NCBI GenBank assembly: GCA_012026655.1
Contig: JAAILG010000425.1
Span: 1 to 64,000 of the forward strand
Reading direction: 5' to 3'
Origin: Hydrolagus affinis
Lineage: Eukaryota
Length of the DNA stretch: 64,000 bases
Position numbers and translations under genes: made by a program. The notes beneath the pieces are model-generated. The model saw only the letters and a program-made list of their open reading frames with translations. It searched no databases and had not been told where the DNA came from. Numbering within the stretch: the stretch's first letter is position 1; every line of letters starts with the position of its first letter. This document shows positions 11,645-25,836 of the stretch, one piece after another.

Positions 11645-13275
11645 AACCTGTTGCTCATTATATCAATTTCTTCTGGAGATTTGGTTGTAGCTTGTTGTTT
11701 GTAGAAAATTTGTGTCAAACGTTTGTCCATTGGTCCATGTTTACTGTGCCTGATGCCTGATACCCTTACTTTTTCAGTTAATCATGGCGTTTCTTAAATA
11801 GGCTGAGGTTAGGATTGGACCTTGCTTGCACAAGTGACAGAGGATGTCTTGAATCCAATAAAGCACTTGAACACCTTGGGAATTGGAAAGCTACATGATT
11901 CGTCTGAACGAAGACTATCAAAGGTATAAATTACTTTGTCATTACATTCATTTAGTTGGTCTGACCGAAGTGATTTTGAAGTATCTGATATTGTTGAATA
12001 GATAACTGACCCATTTCAGGAATTTTCTCTGATGACATGGCAGGGTAATACAATACAAGATATAAATTGGAATAGCCTGCCTGCTCTGTAATCTATTTCT
12101 AGTCACTCTCCCAGAAATGGGTAAAATGGTGCCATGGCAACTGTTGAATTCAGTCCTTTCTATTGATCAAACCATACTTTAGTGTATTGAGAGTTTCTGG
12201 GCAGCCAGCAAACCTAGAAAGCTAAAATAAAGACTACATTCAGTCTGCAAACATTTTAATGGCACAGGAAGAATTGGTAGTGGGTATAAAGTGTTGGTAG
12301 TTTAATAATTTTCCATGTAAAATTTAGCAGTCATTTAAAATAATGAGGTAAGATTATTAATCAGGCTGAAAGCCGGGAGTAAATTGAAAATGTAACGCAT
12401 AGATTTTAAGACATGGTGATGACATTTACAAACCAATCAAATTTCATCACCTTCCTCCATAACAACAGATGCTGACCTTTACAGCTTCCTATTCAGCCTT
12501 CATGCATTACCTGCAGAAATTAACATTAACTTGCTCTCTGTTCCACACTGCTACTAATGTCTTCTGGGAACAGAGATTCATGAATTCATTTATTACACAG
12601 ACTCGAGACCCACTTTACACTCTTAGCACAGGAGGGTTGCTCTTAGGAGCTGGTATTTTTGGAAGCAAGTTGAACTACCTTTGTGGTTGAGGGATGGCTG
12701 CAAGGGAAGGGATAGGAAATGTCAATGGGAACAATGAAAGACAACTGAGGACAACTTCAAGGAGAAACCTTCAGGCTGCACATTGTGGTCCACACAGGCA
12801 CGGTGCAAGCCTCGACCAAATTACTTCCTTATAATATTCTAAACAGCTATACAACACCAAAGGAATCTGAAATGCTATTTGGATATTTTCAACAATAAGT
12901 CAATAAGTCAAACACTATTAGTTCTGCCTGCAGTAGGGTGCATAACTATAAATAGACTGAAGTTATTTTGCGAAATGCCAGCTTGCCAAATCTTCTGGTC
13001 TTATTTTGTGATGTTTTTATTCAGCAGTGATTTATTATTCTAGATGTTTATGGTTTAGAGTGCTACTGTTTTGGCAGCTCAGTACCCTTTAATAAGTGAA
13101 TAGTGTGAACATAACTGAATGTGCTCTATTTTGTTTCCTGCAAAAAGTTCTGTCTTACAGAATATGAGAAAATGTATTCAAAAGGTTGTAATGTGGAATT
13201 AGCACAATGACAGTTAAATGAAAACTGACACTAGTCATTGTGGCCTCGTGCAATGCCAGGCAAATCCTTGTGGCA

Positions 13276-13750
13276 AAACAACAACAAAATTACTTTTGTA
13301 TAGTGCCTTTCATGTCGGGACGACGTCCCAAGGCGCTGGACAGTCAATGTTTCAGACCTGAGCTGGAATCGGGGAGGGTGGAGGGAGAGGAGGAGATTTG
13401 GGGTGACTGGTGGGACCATCAAAGAGGAAGGTTTTGAGGCGACTTGAAGAATGCTAGGGAAGGGGTGAAGCGGAGGGACTGCAAGATGGAGTTCCACATG
13501 TTAGTGGCAGAGTGGCTGAAGACTCCTCCCGCCAATGGTGGGGCGAGTAGGTTGGCGGATGTGGAGCAGACCAGAGCCTACTGAGTGGAGGAGATGGGCA
13601 GAATGGTAGGGGTTAGGAGGCCGCAGAGGTAGGGTGGGGTGAGGCCATGGAGGATTTTGAACGTGTGGACCAGAATTTTGAATTGAATCCTCTGGGTGAT
13701 GGGGTACCAATGGAGTCGAGCGAGAATGGGGGAGATGGGGTCACGGCATA
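13276..13750 (-). mobile_element. L2 LINE 3' end (ORF2 C-terminus, 3' UTR, tail)
   Basis: ISPILARLHWYPITQRIQFKILVHTFKILHGLTPPYL and TIGGRS are typical of the L2 C-terminus. It ends CAGCGCCTTGGGACGT...GACATGAAAGGCACTATACAAAAGTAATTTTGTTGTTG. Confidence 0.93.
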
Positions 13751-16700
13751 ATGGGAAATAAGAATAGGGTACACAGTGGGAAAGAGTGCTTAACAGTAAT
13801 AAAACCAAATATTCTATCAAGTGTGATTGAACCCATTTGTAATACTTGAATCAGAAAATGATATATTTGCTATACTCCTGGTTGTGGACAAAGTAACACC
13901 ATGCTGAGGAAAAGCAGGATTACTACGTAAAATCATTATAAAATTGCAAATGCTGGAGTTCTATTGGTTGATCCCAGTCACTAATGTGGTTTAAAATAGT
14001 ACACATAGTTATTCTGTCTCTTCTGGATATCACAGGAGATTACCATTGCAATATAACTCAATGTTTGTTTGTTAAAGTCAACTATGCTTTAATGTTCCCA
14101 CTTTTCCTTTCATCTTTGTATGATTAACAGTATAGTTGATCATTTTGTCTTCACTGAGAGCTCACCTACCAATTCTGCAGTAGGTCCTATGAAGTACTTT
14201 GAGACATTCTAGTTTTGTGAAAAATGCTTTATCAGATGTAATTATTATTATATTTTGAGCTCATCAATTTTGAAACTTCGATGGGTTCCCTACATAAGTG
14301 GAGCAAAGAGTTCCCCATTGAAATATACAAATTCATAAACATAGTCAATCAGTTTAGCTTATAAGCAAAACTCATGACAAGTTCTAAATACATCAGAAAA
14401 CATTTTAAAAGAATCATTCAACCCACCAAGGCTGTTCCTTCCACCGACTACACCTATTATGGAGTCAGTAATCTACCCTTGTAATGGACTCACCACCACT
14501 CAGTTAATCTCCTGAGGGAACATTCTGTAAACATTATTCAGTGAAGCAGAAAATGGCAAGCTCAATATAACAGTAAATACATTCAATTAAGCATCCAGGA
14601 TATCTGTGAGAGACTTTGAGTTAATAGCCAAATAAAATTTGCAAAAATTGAAACTAAAATACCAATACAAATATTATGTAGTGGCACTAAATGTCAGTAA
14701 TTTGTCAAATGTAAACTTAGTTAAGCCAACAAAAAAGAAATTGTACAGGAAATAGATGAAACTGATTAATTATTTTTTTGCCCTAAAACCTCTTCAAGCT
14801 CCATTAGCTGCTATTTCGGGGCAAGCTGTGAGTTTTAATGAGAAGCTACTTTTGTCCGATGCCCATTATACCCCTGCAGCTTTTTTGCTGCAGCACACGT
14901 CGGTGGAGTTTTTGACAAGAATACTGCAGAATTAATAACCTGTTAATCTTGGTCATCCAATTCTTGGCTGTTTGTGGGACATTTTCATGTGCAAATTCAT
15001 TTCTGCAATCGTCTAAATATTTTTTATCCATTACATTTTACAGTGAATCCTGTAATAACTTTTAGTCATCCCCCTGATGTGAAAGGCGCTATGTTGAGTG
15101 CAAGGATCATTATTAATTTTATTATTGAAACAAATTGTTTGCAGACAAATCTTAGATTGCATTTTTAACTTTTAAGGAAATCATAAAACATTGACTGAAA
15201 TGAAAACATAGCCTTCTGTTTTTTTGTCCCAGTTCTCCTGTCCTCTCCTCAAGCTCCAATGAATTGTTGCATAGTTGTTTCATTCGCAAAATGGTCACAT
15301 TTTAAGCATCTGGGCCATTAGTTACTTCCTCCCCTGCAAATAACCCTTAATGGTGATGCGATTTGATGATATTTTGTATTCTGTATAAAACAGCTCAGCG
15401 GTGCAGGTCATTCGACTATCAATGGGATCTAGCACAAAATAGCAGGACAAGAGTGTGCACTCATGAATTTCCACACAAGGATTTATGAACAAAAACGAAG
15501 CACTTTCCCTGTGAGGAGGAGGAGGAGGAAAATAAATGGGTGATATTCCCTGGGTTACTGACATGCACTGTATGCCTGTTAATGTCAAGTCAAAAGAACA
15601 TTAGCATGGGGTCCTCCTAGAAGGTAATGGTATATGGTGCAAGAGGTGCTAATCTGTTTTCGAAGAGGGTTTTGAAATTAAAAAATAGTTTTAACTGATA
15701 CGTGGCATTTGAAGTGAAATATTATTCAGCATAAATTTTTACTTGCAATGTACTACCAACACAGTTATGAATGTTTCCTAGCCAATGATTATCACAAATT
15801 AATAGCATCATACACAGCGTTAACAAACATTTACAAATTGTTAAATTCATAGCTTTACTGAAATCCAACAAATTAATGCTGGTGTTATAACAGCATTTTT
15901 GTAATTACATGTTTATCCCAATGTTGCTATAGCATTGTTTGATTAATTTTATTTTAAAAAATTAGTTTTTGTGGTCCACATAATATGAAGCCAATCTTTT
16001 GAGGCTTGAAAAAGGATAGGGAACCACACAATTGTATCTTTTTTTACTGTAATGCCCCATCATGTGTGAAAATCCAATTTATCTCCACAGTGTTGGTGTT
16101 GCATAACGATCCTTATTACCAGTCCCTGGCACCAGTTCAGTTGTGGAACATTTCAGCAAAATTGCAGGTCAAGAAAATAATGAAAGCCTTATGCACAGGC
16201 TCTGTGTCTGGATGTTTGTGTTCCCATTGCAGGTTAATTAAAGTGATAAATGATTTTTCACCAAGGTACAAACCTAAAACGCTTGTCTCACTAATATTAA
16301 AGGTTGCCCAGGATCAGGTAACAGGTGCTGTTATGGAAATTAGGTCAGGTAGGTGGAAGCTTGCCTTCCCAGTTCCATGTACTTGCATGGTTCTGGGATA
16401 CTATTTTCAAAGCTATGCTACTTTTCAGAAAATCATTAAAACTGAAGCACATGAGACTAGTATGCCCATCGAGCCGATGTTGTTGTCCATTTCTTCACTG
16501 GAGCTGTGTATTCTAATCCAATCTTCCTGCAAGTTCCCTTCACCTGCCTTCAGTTATCTCCTCCAGTCCATGTTCATGTACAGTATATGAATGTCGGGGG
16601 AGAAGGCTTTTTTTTTGCCTTAGTGTAACATAGCAGTGCAGATACTAGTATGGCAATAATAGGACAGGTAAGATCCTTCTATTGTGTTTAGCTTTTATTC

Positions 16701-18088
16701 ATTGTATATTAGTATTGTTTGATCCTACTTTCCAATATACATTATGCATTAATTTGGCTGCACCATGATTCAGGCTTTTACAATTATGACTATTTAAAAG
16801 AAATGTAATACTAGTATCTCTGTCCATTTAACCAGCTATAGGTCAAATCAATCATAATTTAAATTGAAACACTTTACTATGCAAAATTTGAGGTTAATTG
16901 AAGTGTGACAGAAGAGTTAAAGGTCCTGTATTCCTACACCGAAACTGCTGGGTGATTCATTATGCAATACACTTTCGCACCAAGTCACTCCAGGCTTGAG
17001 TAGGGCTAAAGAACTGGAACACATGGCTGCAGGCTGTGCAGTTCCATGTCATGAAATTGCATGAGCATTCCTGCCTTTAATTTCAAGATGTTTCAGTATT
17101 TCAATAGAGACACTGGATTTAGAAGAATTAAACTATATACCTTGCACAGAATATCAAACGGTATTAATCCAACATTGGAAATCAGCACAGTACAAATCTA
17201 TTCCAATTGTCTTTAAAGAACTTTAAAGTATTGTATAGAAATGAAATCAACATTGCATTTTCAAATAATGCACAATATACAGTCCAAATGTAGACAAGCT
17301 ACAGAATGTCCTACTAATTGCTTAGTAGAAAATGTTCTTTATTAGTTCTTTAAAAAGTACTTTGCAATATGATCCAACAACCCCAGCTCAACTCTAAATA
17401 GATACCTTTTGTTTCTGGAATATTGTGATTATTGAAATTAATAATGGTTACCATAACTAGCATTCTGATTTTATTACTGGCACAGTATAGGTTTTACGAT
17501 AACAACTCTAATTGGGTCAGCCTGCACATCAATTTTAAAGGCTTTAAGTACGTACATCAAATACAGTCTCATTAAATGAATAGTAACACTTTGATGCTTT
17601 CTACTGAGAAAATAAAAAGGCTGGTTCTTGGCTTTAGATTGCCGTGCAATGGCAATGACAACGGGTCAGTCTGTGAGGGAACCCATTATTCCAAAGCATG
17701 AAAAAGGCTGGCTACATTACAGCTTCTCTAAAATATTGCAAATGTTATACAATTATTGAGGTAAAGGAAAAAAGGCAGTATTTGAAAGCTTCTTATCACA
17801 TCAACAGGTCACAAAGGCACCTCAACAGCGATTAAGTTTAGTCTCTATTTTGTCCAGATAACCTTGAAGAGGAATAAATCTGGTAATGCACTGCAATACT
17901 GTTCTTGCAGCACAGTTCTTGAAGATGAAATACAGAATGACAGGTTGAAATGTTCTGCTTTCTCGTATCCTCTACATTACTTGGCATCAGTGGGTGTTGT
18001 TGGTGGGTATCCAGTAAAGGACTTTCTACATCCAGATGTTTCTAGACTGGCTACCAAGCAGCTTCAAGGTACAATGGAGCTGCTGTAA

Positions 18089-18090
<2 letters not shown>

Positions 18091-18126
<36 letters not shown>
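18091..18126. repeat. (AT)n microsatellite
   Basis: About 18 perfect AT units. Confidence 0.97.
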
Positions 18127-18132
<6 letters not shown>

Positions 18133-18309
18133 GATCTTCCTCATATTACACATCACTGAGCAACCAGAAGAGTGAAAGTGACTCAAACTGTCAGGTCACC
18201 ATAAGGCAGCTAATTTAATTATATATTTGCTTTGGTTTCTCCCCTGCAGAAGGTTCTGACCGAATCTTATTGCAATATGGTTCCAAGATACTCTTCTGTA
18301 TCTTGCCAA

Positions 18310-18545
18310 AATGCCCATCCTTTGTGTGAGGTTGGAGAGTGAATATTGGTCAGCAAATGACCTGCTGGAGGCATATTACGGTTGACTTCAATCTTGTGTT
18401 CATCTAATGTTAGCCCACATTGTTTTTTCAGAAAGGAGTAATTGGACAGAAATCAGAAGCAGGGACACTAAATGATCTGTTTTGTTTCTAGATTCGGTGG
18501 TGTTGAGGCCAACTACAATGCTTTGATGGGAATTAACTAACAACA
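18310..18545 (-). mobile_element. Old SINE-like repeat, same family as 54405-55465 and 56880-57135
   Basis: Reverse complement contains GTTGGCCTCAACACC and CCCTGCTTCTGATTTCTGTCCAATTACTCC, matching TTTGCCTCAATAACC and CTGCTTCTGATCATCGTCCAATAACCC at 54446-54514. Confidence 0.55.
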
Positions 18546-18911
18546 CAAACTAGGGCTGTAAATGTGGAAACTTCTGAGTCTCTCTGGCTGAATTTCACTT
18601 TAAGCAGTGACTTTACTAAATAAGATATTGGGTGTTTAGTACTATTTAATAACACAAGAAGTGGCTTACATTTTACTGTATCTCTATAAGACAGAGTTGA
18701 GGGAGCACTGTGAACAGAGCGTATTCTCTCTAGATTTTCCTTCACTTTTGGGGATTAGCTGAAATGATAAAGTTGTTTATAACATCAATGTGTGTGTTTG
18801 TCTGGTATCTGGTAAGCTTTATTTTCCTCCTGTGCGCTCTTTTCTGTTTGGGAAACATGACAGTGACAGTGAGACGGATGGTAGCAGTTATGCTGGATTA
18901 CCCTGTGGCAA

Positions 18912-18995
18912 GTGAAGAAAGCTGGAAATGCAAAACAGGTCAAACAGCATCTGAAAGAGAAAGATAGCTCCTTGTTCCGGTGGTGAACCTTCAAC
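18912..18995. mobile_element. Penelope terminal remnant
   Basis: GAAAGCTGGAAATGCAAAACAGGTCAAACAGCATCTG resembles CTGGGAATACTCAGCAGGTCAGGCAACATCT at 27243. Confidence 0.55.
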
Positions 18996-19094
18996 TAAAT
19001 TAAACAAGATTTTGTTAGGCTGGCTACATGCCGAGTGTGGTTAGTCTTGCTGAGGATGCGCAAGGCAGATACAGAATCCGAAAAACCCTTTGTA

Positions 19095-19210
19095 GATAAT
19101 AATAATAATACTTGCAGTTGCTATAGCACCTTCTCACGTCTTAGAGACATCTCAAAACGTTTCAGAGTATACTGTAAAGTGAATTGACTATATTTTCTTG
19201 GCAAAACACA
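19095..19210 (-). mobile_element. SINE 3' tail
   Basis: (AAT)n ACTTGCA...TATAGCACC...GACATCTCAAA...ATACTGTAAAGTGAATTGACT. Confidence 0.75.
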
Positions 19211-19893
19211 AAATATACATTTTTCCTCGGGTGTTATAGCGATTCACTGCTCGATAAGATAATGTTTCTGCACTCTCCTGTTCAAGGTACACGATTTAGG
19301 CCGTGTGCAGCATGAAAAGTCTTAAATTTCTTCAAATGGTTGTTATAAATCACATGTAAGATAACGATCAGCTACAAAACATAAAGCAAAGTAAGATTTG
19401 GTACCCATGGGATAGATGTTACTGGAGGAATAACTAAAGTTTAAAAGTACGATTTGGAAGAGAAAAGGATCCATCATTGTCGGAGTAGCATAGGGTATGA
19501 GGTCCTCTTTTGTTCTGGAATTTGACATTTTCCAATACAGGGTAGGAAAAGGATGAAATATTCCCATAGATCAGTGTACTCAATGTTATGAGTGGTAACA
19601 GTATTTTGAAGAAGGCAGTAACTTGTTTCAATGTCTAAGATTCCTCCATCAAGGAATCAAATACGGAATAATAAGGTCATAAAATAGATTGTCGTTGAAA
19701 GACTTTCAATACTGTGGAGATGAGATCATGAAAACAAATTCTCGGTTAAAATTTTTTTCCTTTAAGTGCAGATAAGCAAACTTTGCAAGAGCTCCAGTAT
19801 TAAAGCGGGAAGTGGATGGAAGAGACTATAAATAATGCTTACATTTTGATGTAGCATCTTTTATATCAGGAGGTCATCTCATATTGACAGGAC

Positions 19894-19985
19894 ATAATAA
19901 TAATAATCCTTGCATTTGATATAGTGCTTTTTCACATCTTATCGACATCTCAAAGCGCTTCACAGAATATACTGTAAAGTGAATT
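19894..19985 (-). mobile_element. SINE 3' tail
   Basis: (AAT)n CCTTGCATTTGATATAGTGC...CAAAGCGCTTCACAGAATATACTGTAAAGTGAAT. Confidence 0.8.
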
Positions 19986-22900
19986 TGTAGATGATTATGG
20001 TGCTGTGTTGATTATCTCAAAAGAACAAGTTTACTCTTCTCATTTGCAAGGAATGAAACAAAGTTGCGTTTGGGTAGGTAGTGTTGATCATTTCACCTCT
20101 GCACAAGAAAATAAAATATCCAAAAAGTGCAAAACGCAAGGCACCTGGGATTGACAACAATCACAATGAAGTCATTTGGTTTGGTTATTACGATTATTAC
20201 CAGCTCGAAGAAACTCATTACTGTTTCTCGTTTCACTTGCACTAATAATGAATACCTCTGAGCTAGTGATGCCCTCCAAAATTATGTCATTGCTGTATTC
20301 CTGACATTTTTGAGCTCATGAAGTAGAAATAACTGACATTTTCATAACATAAAGTTAAATATAGATCTGCCATTTGCAGCTAGAAAAATGATGGATATAA
20401 TCTTGAACACCAAACTTCCATAGACTTCAGCTGAACAAAATCACCACCTTAATCCGCAAGAATATTAACTAACATTTTATATTATAATGAGTATTATCTT
20501 TGTTGAGTGTGGCATTTGTAAAATATCATATAATTTAGCCTTAGTGCTCACTGAATCTGAACATTTAATTTTCAGAATTGAGTTTTGCAATTAATGTGCC
20601 ATCTTCATCACATTTCATATCAATCTTCCCAAGTGTCCTTCTTGTGAACATTTGAAAATTACTTTCCCCACCTACACTCAACCTAATCCGACCCAGGTTG
20701 TAACTTGAATTTATTACTAAGGTTAAGGTCATTATTTTTTCCCATTTTATTACGAAATAGGATTCTAGGGGATTCTAGGCTATAGTTTGAGTAGGATTTC
20801 AGCAACAATTTTTGGAATATACAGTGTACAGCAGTCCTTTGATGGCCTAACCAATAATGATAGGAGGCCATCAAGACTGGAAGGTTGTAGTTTACATTGA
20901 GTGTCCAGACAAACAGTCTGAGTGATACTACCAGCTTCAAGAATGGTAAAACCTTAATTTTGCTAACTGACATTTAAACTGCAAACAGTTTATCAGATGA
21001 TAATTTGCCTCCTTGTCCCTGAGTTAAGGATGGAGAAAATCAACTAATTTTTGGTTAGAAGAGAGATTTGAAAAAGACAGAGTTCAATTTGAAATAAATA
21101 TCAACAGTGAATATTCATTGGAAATGGAGATATTTGTAAACCCCCACCGCCATCACCCCCACTGGGAGAATAAAACGACAATGAGCGCTGATAGAGAGGC
21201 CTGCTTTTATGAGTAATGCATTTTATATACATCAGCAAGTTGCAAATTTTATCTGTATCACACAGTGGTGTAAAATAGCCATTCAACTTATTTAAAATTC
21301 TTATTTTAAAATACACTTTTGCCCAATTATGGAGGTCTAGCTGCAGTAGAGCAATCACACTGGTTAAAAGTACACTGAACTGCATTCAGGTGGTACCTCA
21401 GCATGCCTTAGCACTCAACATGAGTTTGTCTGTTAATTGCAGGGTATACATAGTATAAGCACCAAAGAAGAACAAGATTTGCTGGATTTAAACCCTGTGT
21501 GAACTCAAACATGACTTAATAAATGTACAACAAAACACACATTTCTTTGGAACTAATTTGTTGGAATCTGACAGTATTTAATTTAGTTTGGAAATAACAA
21601 GTATGAAAGATATAACATTCAGCCAATTGCTGGATTTAATTTGATTTCCCAACAGAAAATCAAAATCAAAGTTGAATATCTCTGTATCAACATGAAGCAA
21701 TGAGATGTTTTCTAATATTGGTTTTGAAGCAAATGCGGCTTTTATGCTTAATTGTACATTATTTGCTTATACTGAAAATTATAATGCACCATAAGTTGAT
21801 TTACCTGCTGTTCTGTTAGTAATGTTGCCAAAGTTTGAAAATAATACAACTTTCAGTACCCGGACCATTCCTTCCATTAATAACCCACCAAATAATGTTT
21901 GTGTGGACCAAAAACTAAATGGTTGTTTTAATGCATGATAAAATAGGTATTTGATTAAGATAAAAAATGAAAATAGCCAGTGTGAATATGAGTTTACTAA
22001 CCTAGTTGCTGTGTAAATGTCAGTTGGCAAAATTAAGGTTTTACCATTCCTAATATTTCTCTATGGAACAATGGGAAGAAAAAAATTGCCAGAAAAGTGG
22101 AGCATTGATGATGCATATAATGCTGCCAGCGCATCACTGATTTCTGAATTTCCAATATATATTATTCAGCACTGAGTTCATCTCCTTACACACCTAATGT
22201 TTCATTCTTTGCTTATCTGTTGTCTGAATACAATTTACTGTTGCACTATGTTCAAAATGTTTCTAATCAATATGTCAAAAATAAGCAGATTCCTAGAGTG
22301 GTGTACACCGTGGACAGGTTGTAGGTTTAAACCTGTAGTATTCAGCACACAACAACAACAAAATTTGCATAGCGCCTTTCACGTTGGGAGTACGTCCCAA
22401 GGCACTGAACACATTGGATCGAATATACCGCTATTGCTAAAGAACTTTGCATTATACAGTTATAATGGGAGATTCCCATTGCTCATAGATTTGGCTGAAC
22501 AGTCAGGTAGGAATTCTGAATTTGTATTTGATATTTTCTCACAAAGAGGCATGAGAGTTGGAAAGGAAGTGAGGTTATCTCTTCTAATCTCATGTGCTTT
22601 CTACCTTCTGGTTACAAAGCACCACTGGTAGCAAGAGTCCTGCCTTCTCTTGTTATGTCGTGTCACCAGAGCTGATAAATAGTGAACTCACTTTAAAAAT
22701 GTACCTATATAAATGATGTGGGTGAAGCACTCACAAGCTCTCTTCTAGCTTGCTAAATGTGGTGACGTAGTTACATACTATTGTTTATTGGTAGGTAAAG
22801 TTACCACTACAATAATTTCCATGGCTACAGATTGAAATATCTGCCGTTCTCTGTGGTTTTTATCAATTTCCAAAAAGAAGAATTTGGAAGCATTTTTCTT

Positions 22901-25324
22901 GCTTCAAACTGTGAGGAATAACGATTCTCAGAGAGAAAAACAGAAGCATACCACATTAGCACAATATTAAGAGAACTCACACAGAAAGCTCTGAAATTAA
23001 GCTTGAAAGTGTCTGGGCTTAATCATAAATGTTGCTGTATAAGCTACTCCTCAGCAATAAGCAAAATATACATTCAAACTGAAAAGAAAAGGATGCGTAA
23101 TGGTAGACTTTTCACAATCTGAAATTGTTCTATTGATTATAACTGGTTGGAAATTGAGCAGTGAATACAAACCTCCCATAGTTAGTGGAAGATTTTGTCT
23201 TTGTTCATGGTCTGATTATTCCCTTTCATTTCAGTAACGCTTGCTTGCTGAGTAGTAACATCGTATTTCGTGATCTGACAAATAATTTCAAGAAAGCATA
23301 ATGTGCAGAATACTTGCAGCTGAACTGCCATCATGTCAGCATTTGGTTTTGTCTGGGAGAGGAGGATATCTGGCACAATTTGATTGTCACATAATTCAAA
23401 TCTTTAGGATCAAGCGCAGACTCATTTTTGCCTGTTGGTAGGTTTCTACGAATTAAAGACCATGTTTTAATTTAGTGTCTCAAAGTCCTTTACAAGTAAT
23501 TAGGATCAAATGTGGTGACTCTCTACGTGTAAGCATACACCAAAATTCAACTTAGTACTGAAATTGTAATGCGGGCAGGTGCAATATAAATCCCTCAAAG
23601 CACGCAGCTGTTGAATTTATTAGCAGGTTTTTATTTTAATTGGAAAGTTTCCCCAATAGACCTGGATGACCTTTCACCTTTTTCTCGAGCAGCATGCATC
23701 ATTAAGCAGCCATTGATAACCTTTAATCACCAAACAAAAACTTCCAAAAATTAATTGACTTCAGAAATCTGAATGGAGTGATCAGTCGATTACAGAATTC
23801 CATTTCTGATCACACGGGTCCACCCACTCCTTGTCAGTGCACAGAAATATAAAACACCACTGCATTGTATATTTCACAACCGTGCTTTTGGAAACTTCTT
23901 GTAATAGCTTGGAACTGCTGCTCTTGGTAAATGTTGGTGAGGTAAAAATAGATACATATTTAATAGGAAATTGCAAATAATTAAACATGATGTTAAAAGA
24001 AAGAGTAATTATATCCATACCAATGCCCTGTATTTCTCCAACTCAATTTCAGGTTTGTTTATTGAAGAAAATGCATTATTTGGTAGAGATTTAAAAAGTG
24101 AACCCTGCATTACACAAAACAGCCTTGATGCGCTGGTGTACTGCTGTGTACAATGGGATTTTGTATGGGATTTTGCCTCATGGTGTGATCCTGGTCTGAG
24201 TCGCCTTATTGCTGAGAAGCATTCAGCAACAGCCAGGCACTTCCTCCATTTGTATCCACAGGCCATTCTCTGTGAGTTGTCTTCAGCAGCTGTTAATTGT
24301 TAATGGAGTAGCATTGATGGAAGTCTTGGGCTAGCTTGTGACTTTGAAAAAGTGTGTACCATGTGGGAAGTTCAGGCAGAAAAAAAGATGAATTCCATAA
24401 GATTAAATATGTTCCTTCTCACCTACAAAATACACACTCACTATACTTCACAGTAAAATTCTGGTGGAACACTTTGAGATTGGTTTGAAAATATGATAAG
24501 GTGGTCTATCACATGCAAGGAATCTTATTTATACTATGCTATATGTCTGTGAGTTTGAAGGTTGATCATTTCCTCTGTGAACATGTTATGTATTGATTGC
24601 ATTAATATACACATATTATAGTATATGTTTTAAATGTCATCTATAGGTATGAAGTTTTTTATATATAGGTATATTTCATTTGACACTAACCTAAGTTACT
24701 AAGGGAAGTACGGGAGCAAATAGCAGAAACTCTGGCCACAATCTTTCAATCTTCCTTGGACACAGGGGTGGTACCAGAGGACTGGAGGGTTACTAATGTT
24801 ACTCCCCTGTACAAAAAGGGGCAGAAGGACAAACCTGGGAACTACAGGCCAGTCAGTCTAACGTCAGTAGTGGGCAAACTTCTAGAGTCTATCATCAGGG
24901 ACAAGATAGATCTTCACTTAGAAAAATATAGGCTGATAAAGGACAGCCAGTATGGATTTGTTAAAGGCAAATCTTGTCTTACAAATCTGATAGAATTTTT
25001 CAATGATGTAACAGAATGGGTGGACGAGGAGTTGATGTAGTTTACATGGACAGCAGTTAATGTAGTTAACATGGACTTTCAAAAGGCATTTGACAAAGTG
25101 TCGCATGAGAGGCTTATTAGGAAAATAGAGGCCCACGGCATTAAAGGGACAGTGGTAGCGTGGATCCACAACTGGCTGCGAGACAGAAAGCAGAGAGTTG
25201 TGAATGGCTGCTTTTCAGACTGAAGGGAAGTGTGCAGTGGCGTCCCCCAGGAATTAGTTGTGGGACCACTGCTCTTTTTAATATACATTAATGATTTGGA
25301 TTTGGGTTTAGGGAGTACGGTTTG

Positions 25325-25424
25325 NNNNNNNNNNNNNNNNNNNNNNNNNNNNNNNNNNNNNNNNNNNNNNNNNNNNNNNNNNNNNNNNNNNNNNNNNNNN
25401 NNNNNNNNNNNNNNNNNNNNNNNN
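25325..25424. other. Assembly gap (100 N)
   Basis: Run of exactly 100 N, the usual placeholder for a gap of unknown size. Confidence 0.99.
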
Positions 25425-25593
25425 GAGGATAGTAGCCATCTGCAAGAGGATATAGATAAAATGGTAAAGTGGGCAGACACATGGCAGATGAAGTTTAATA
25501 CAGAGAAGTGTGAGGTGATACACTTTGGGAGAAGAAATGAGGGGAGGCAATATAGGCTAGATAGTACAATTTTAAAGGGTGTGAAGGAACAGA

Positions 25594-25836
25594 GAAACCT
25601 TGGGCAAGTTTCCTTACTCCACACACCTAATAATAATCAGTCCAAAAAAACCACAATAATAAAAATTGGTCATTTCAATCCATGCCTGTTTGTGGGACAC
25701 TGCTGTGCACAATTGGCTGCTACGATTCGCCCACAAATATACAGTCAATTCACTTTACAGTATATTCTGTGAAGCGCTTTAGGATGTCGATAAGATGTGA
25801 AAAGCGCTATATCGAATGCAAGGATTATTTATTATA
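25594..25836 (+). mobile_element. Headless tRNA-SINE body embedded in the CR1
   Basis: GAAACCTTGGGCAAGTTTCCTTACTCCACAC...TGTGAAGCGCTTT...GCAAGGATTATT, colinear with 39661-39908. Confidence 0.92.

Noticed and set aside
16006-16590. 194-aa ORF
   Set aside because: Non-ATG start, no recognisable domain, random-looking composition.
16624-16667. Exon-like segment with good acceptor and CAG|GTAAGA donor
   Set aside because: Stops in all three frames; a non-coding exon cannot be supported without transcripts.
20683-20973. Penelope RT-like word (VLPFLKLVV) in a minus-strand ORF
   Set aside because: Single short motif with no flanking support.
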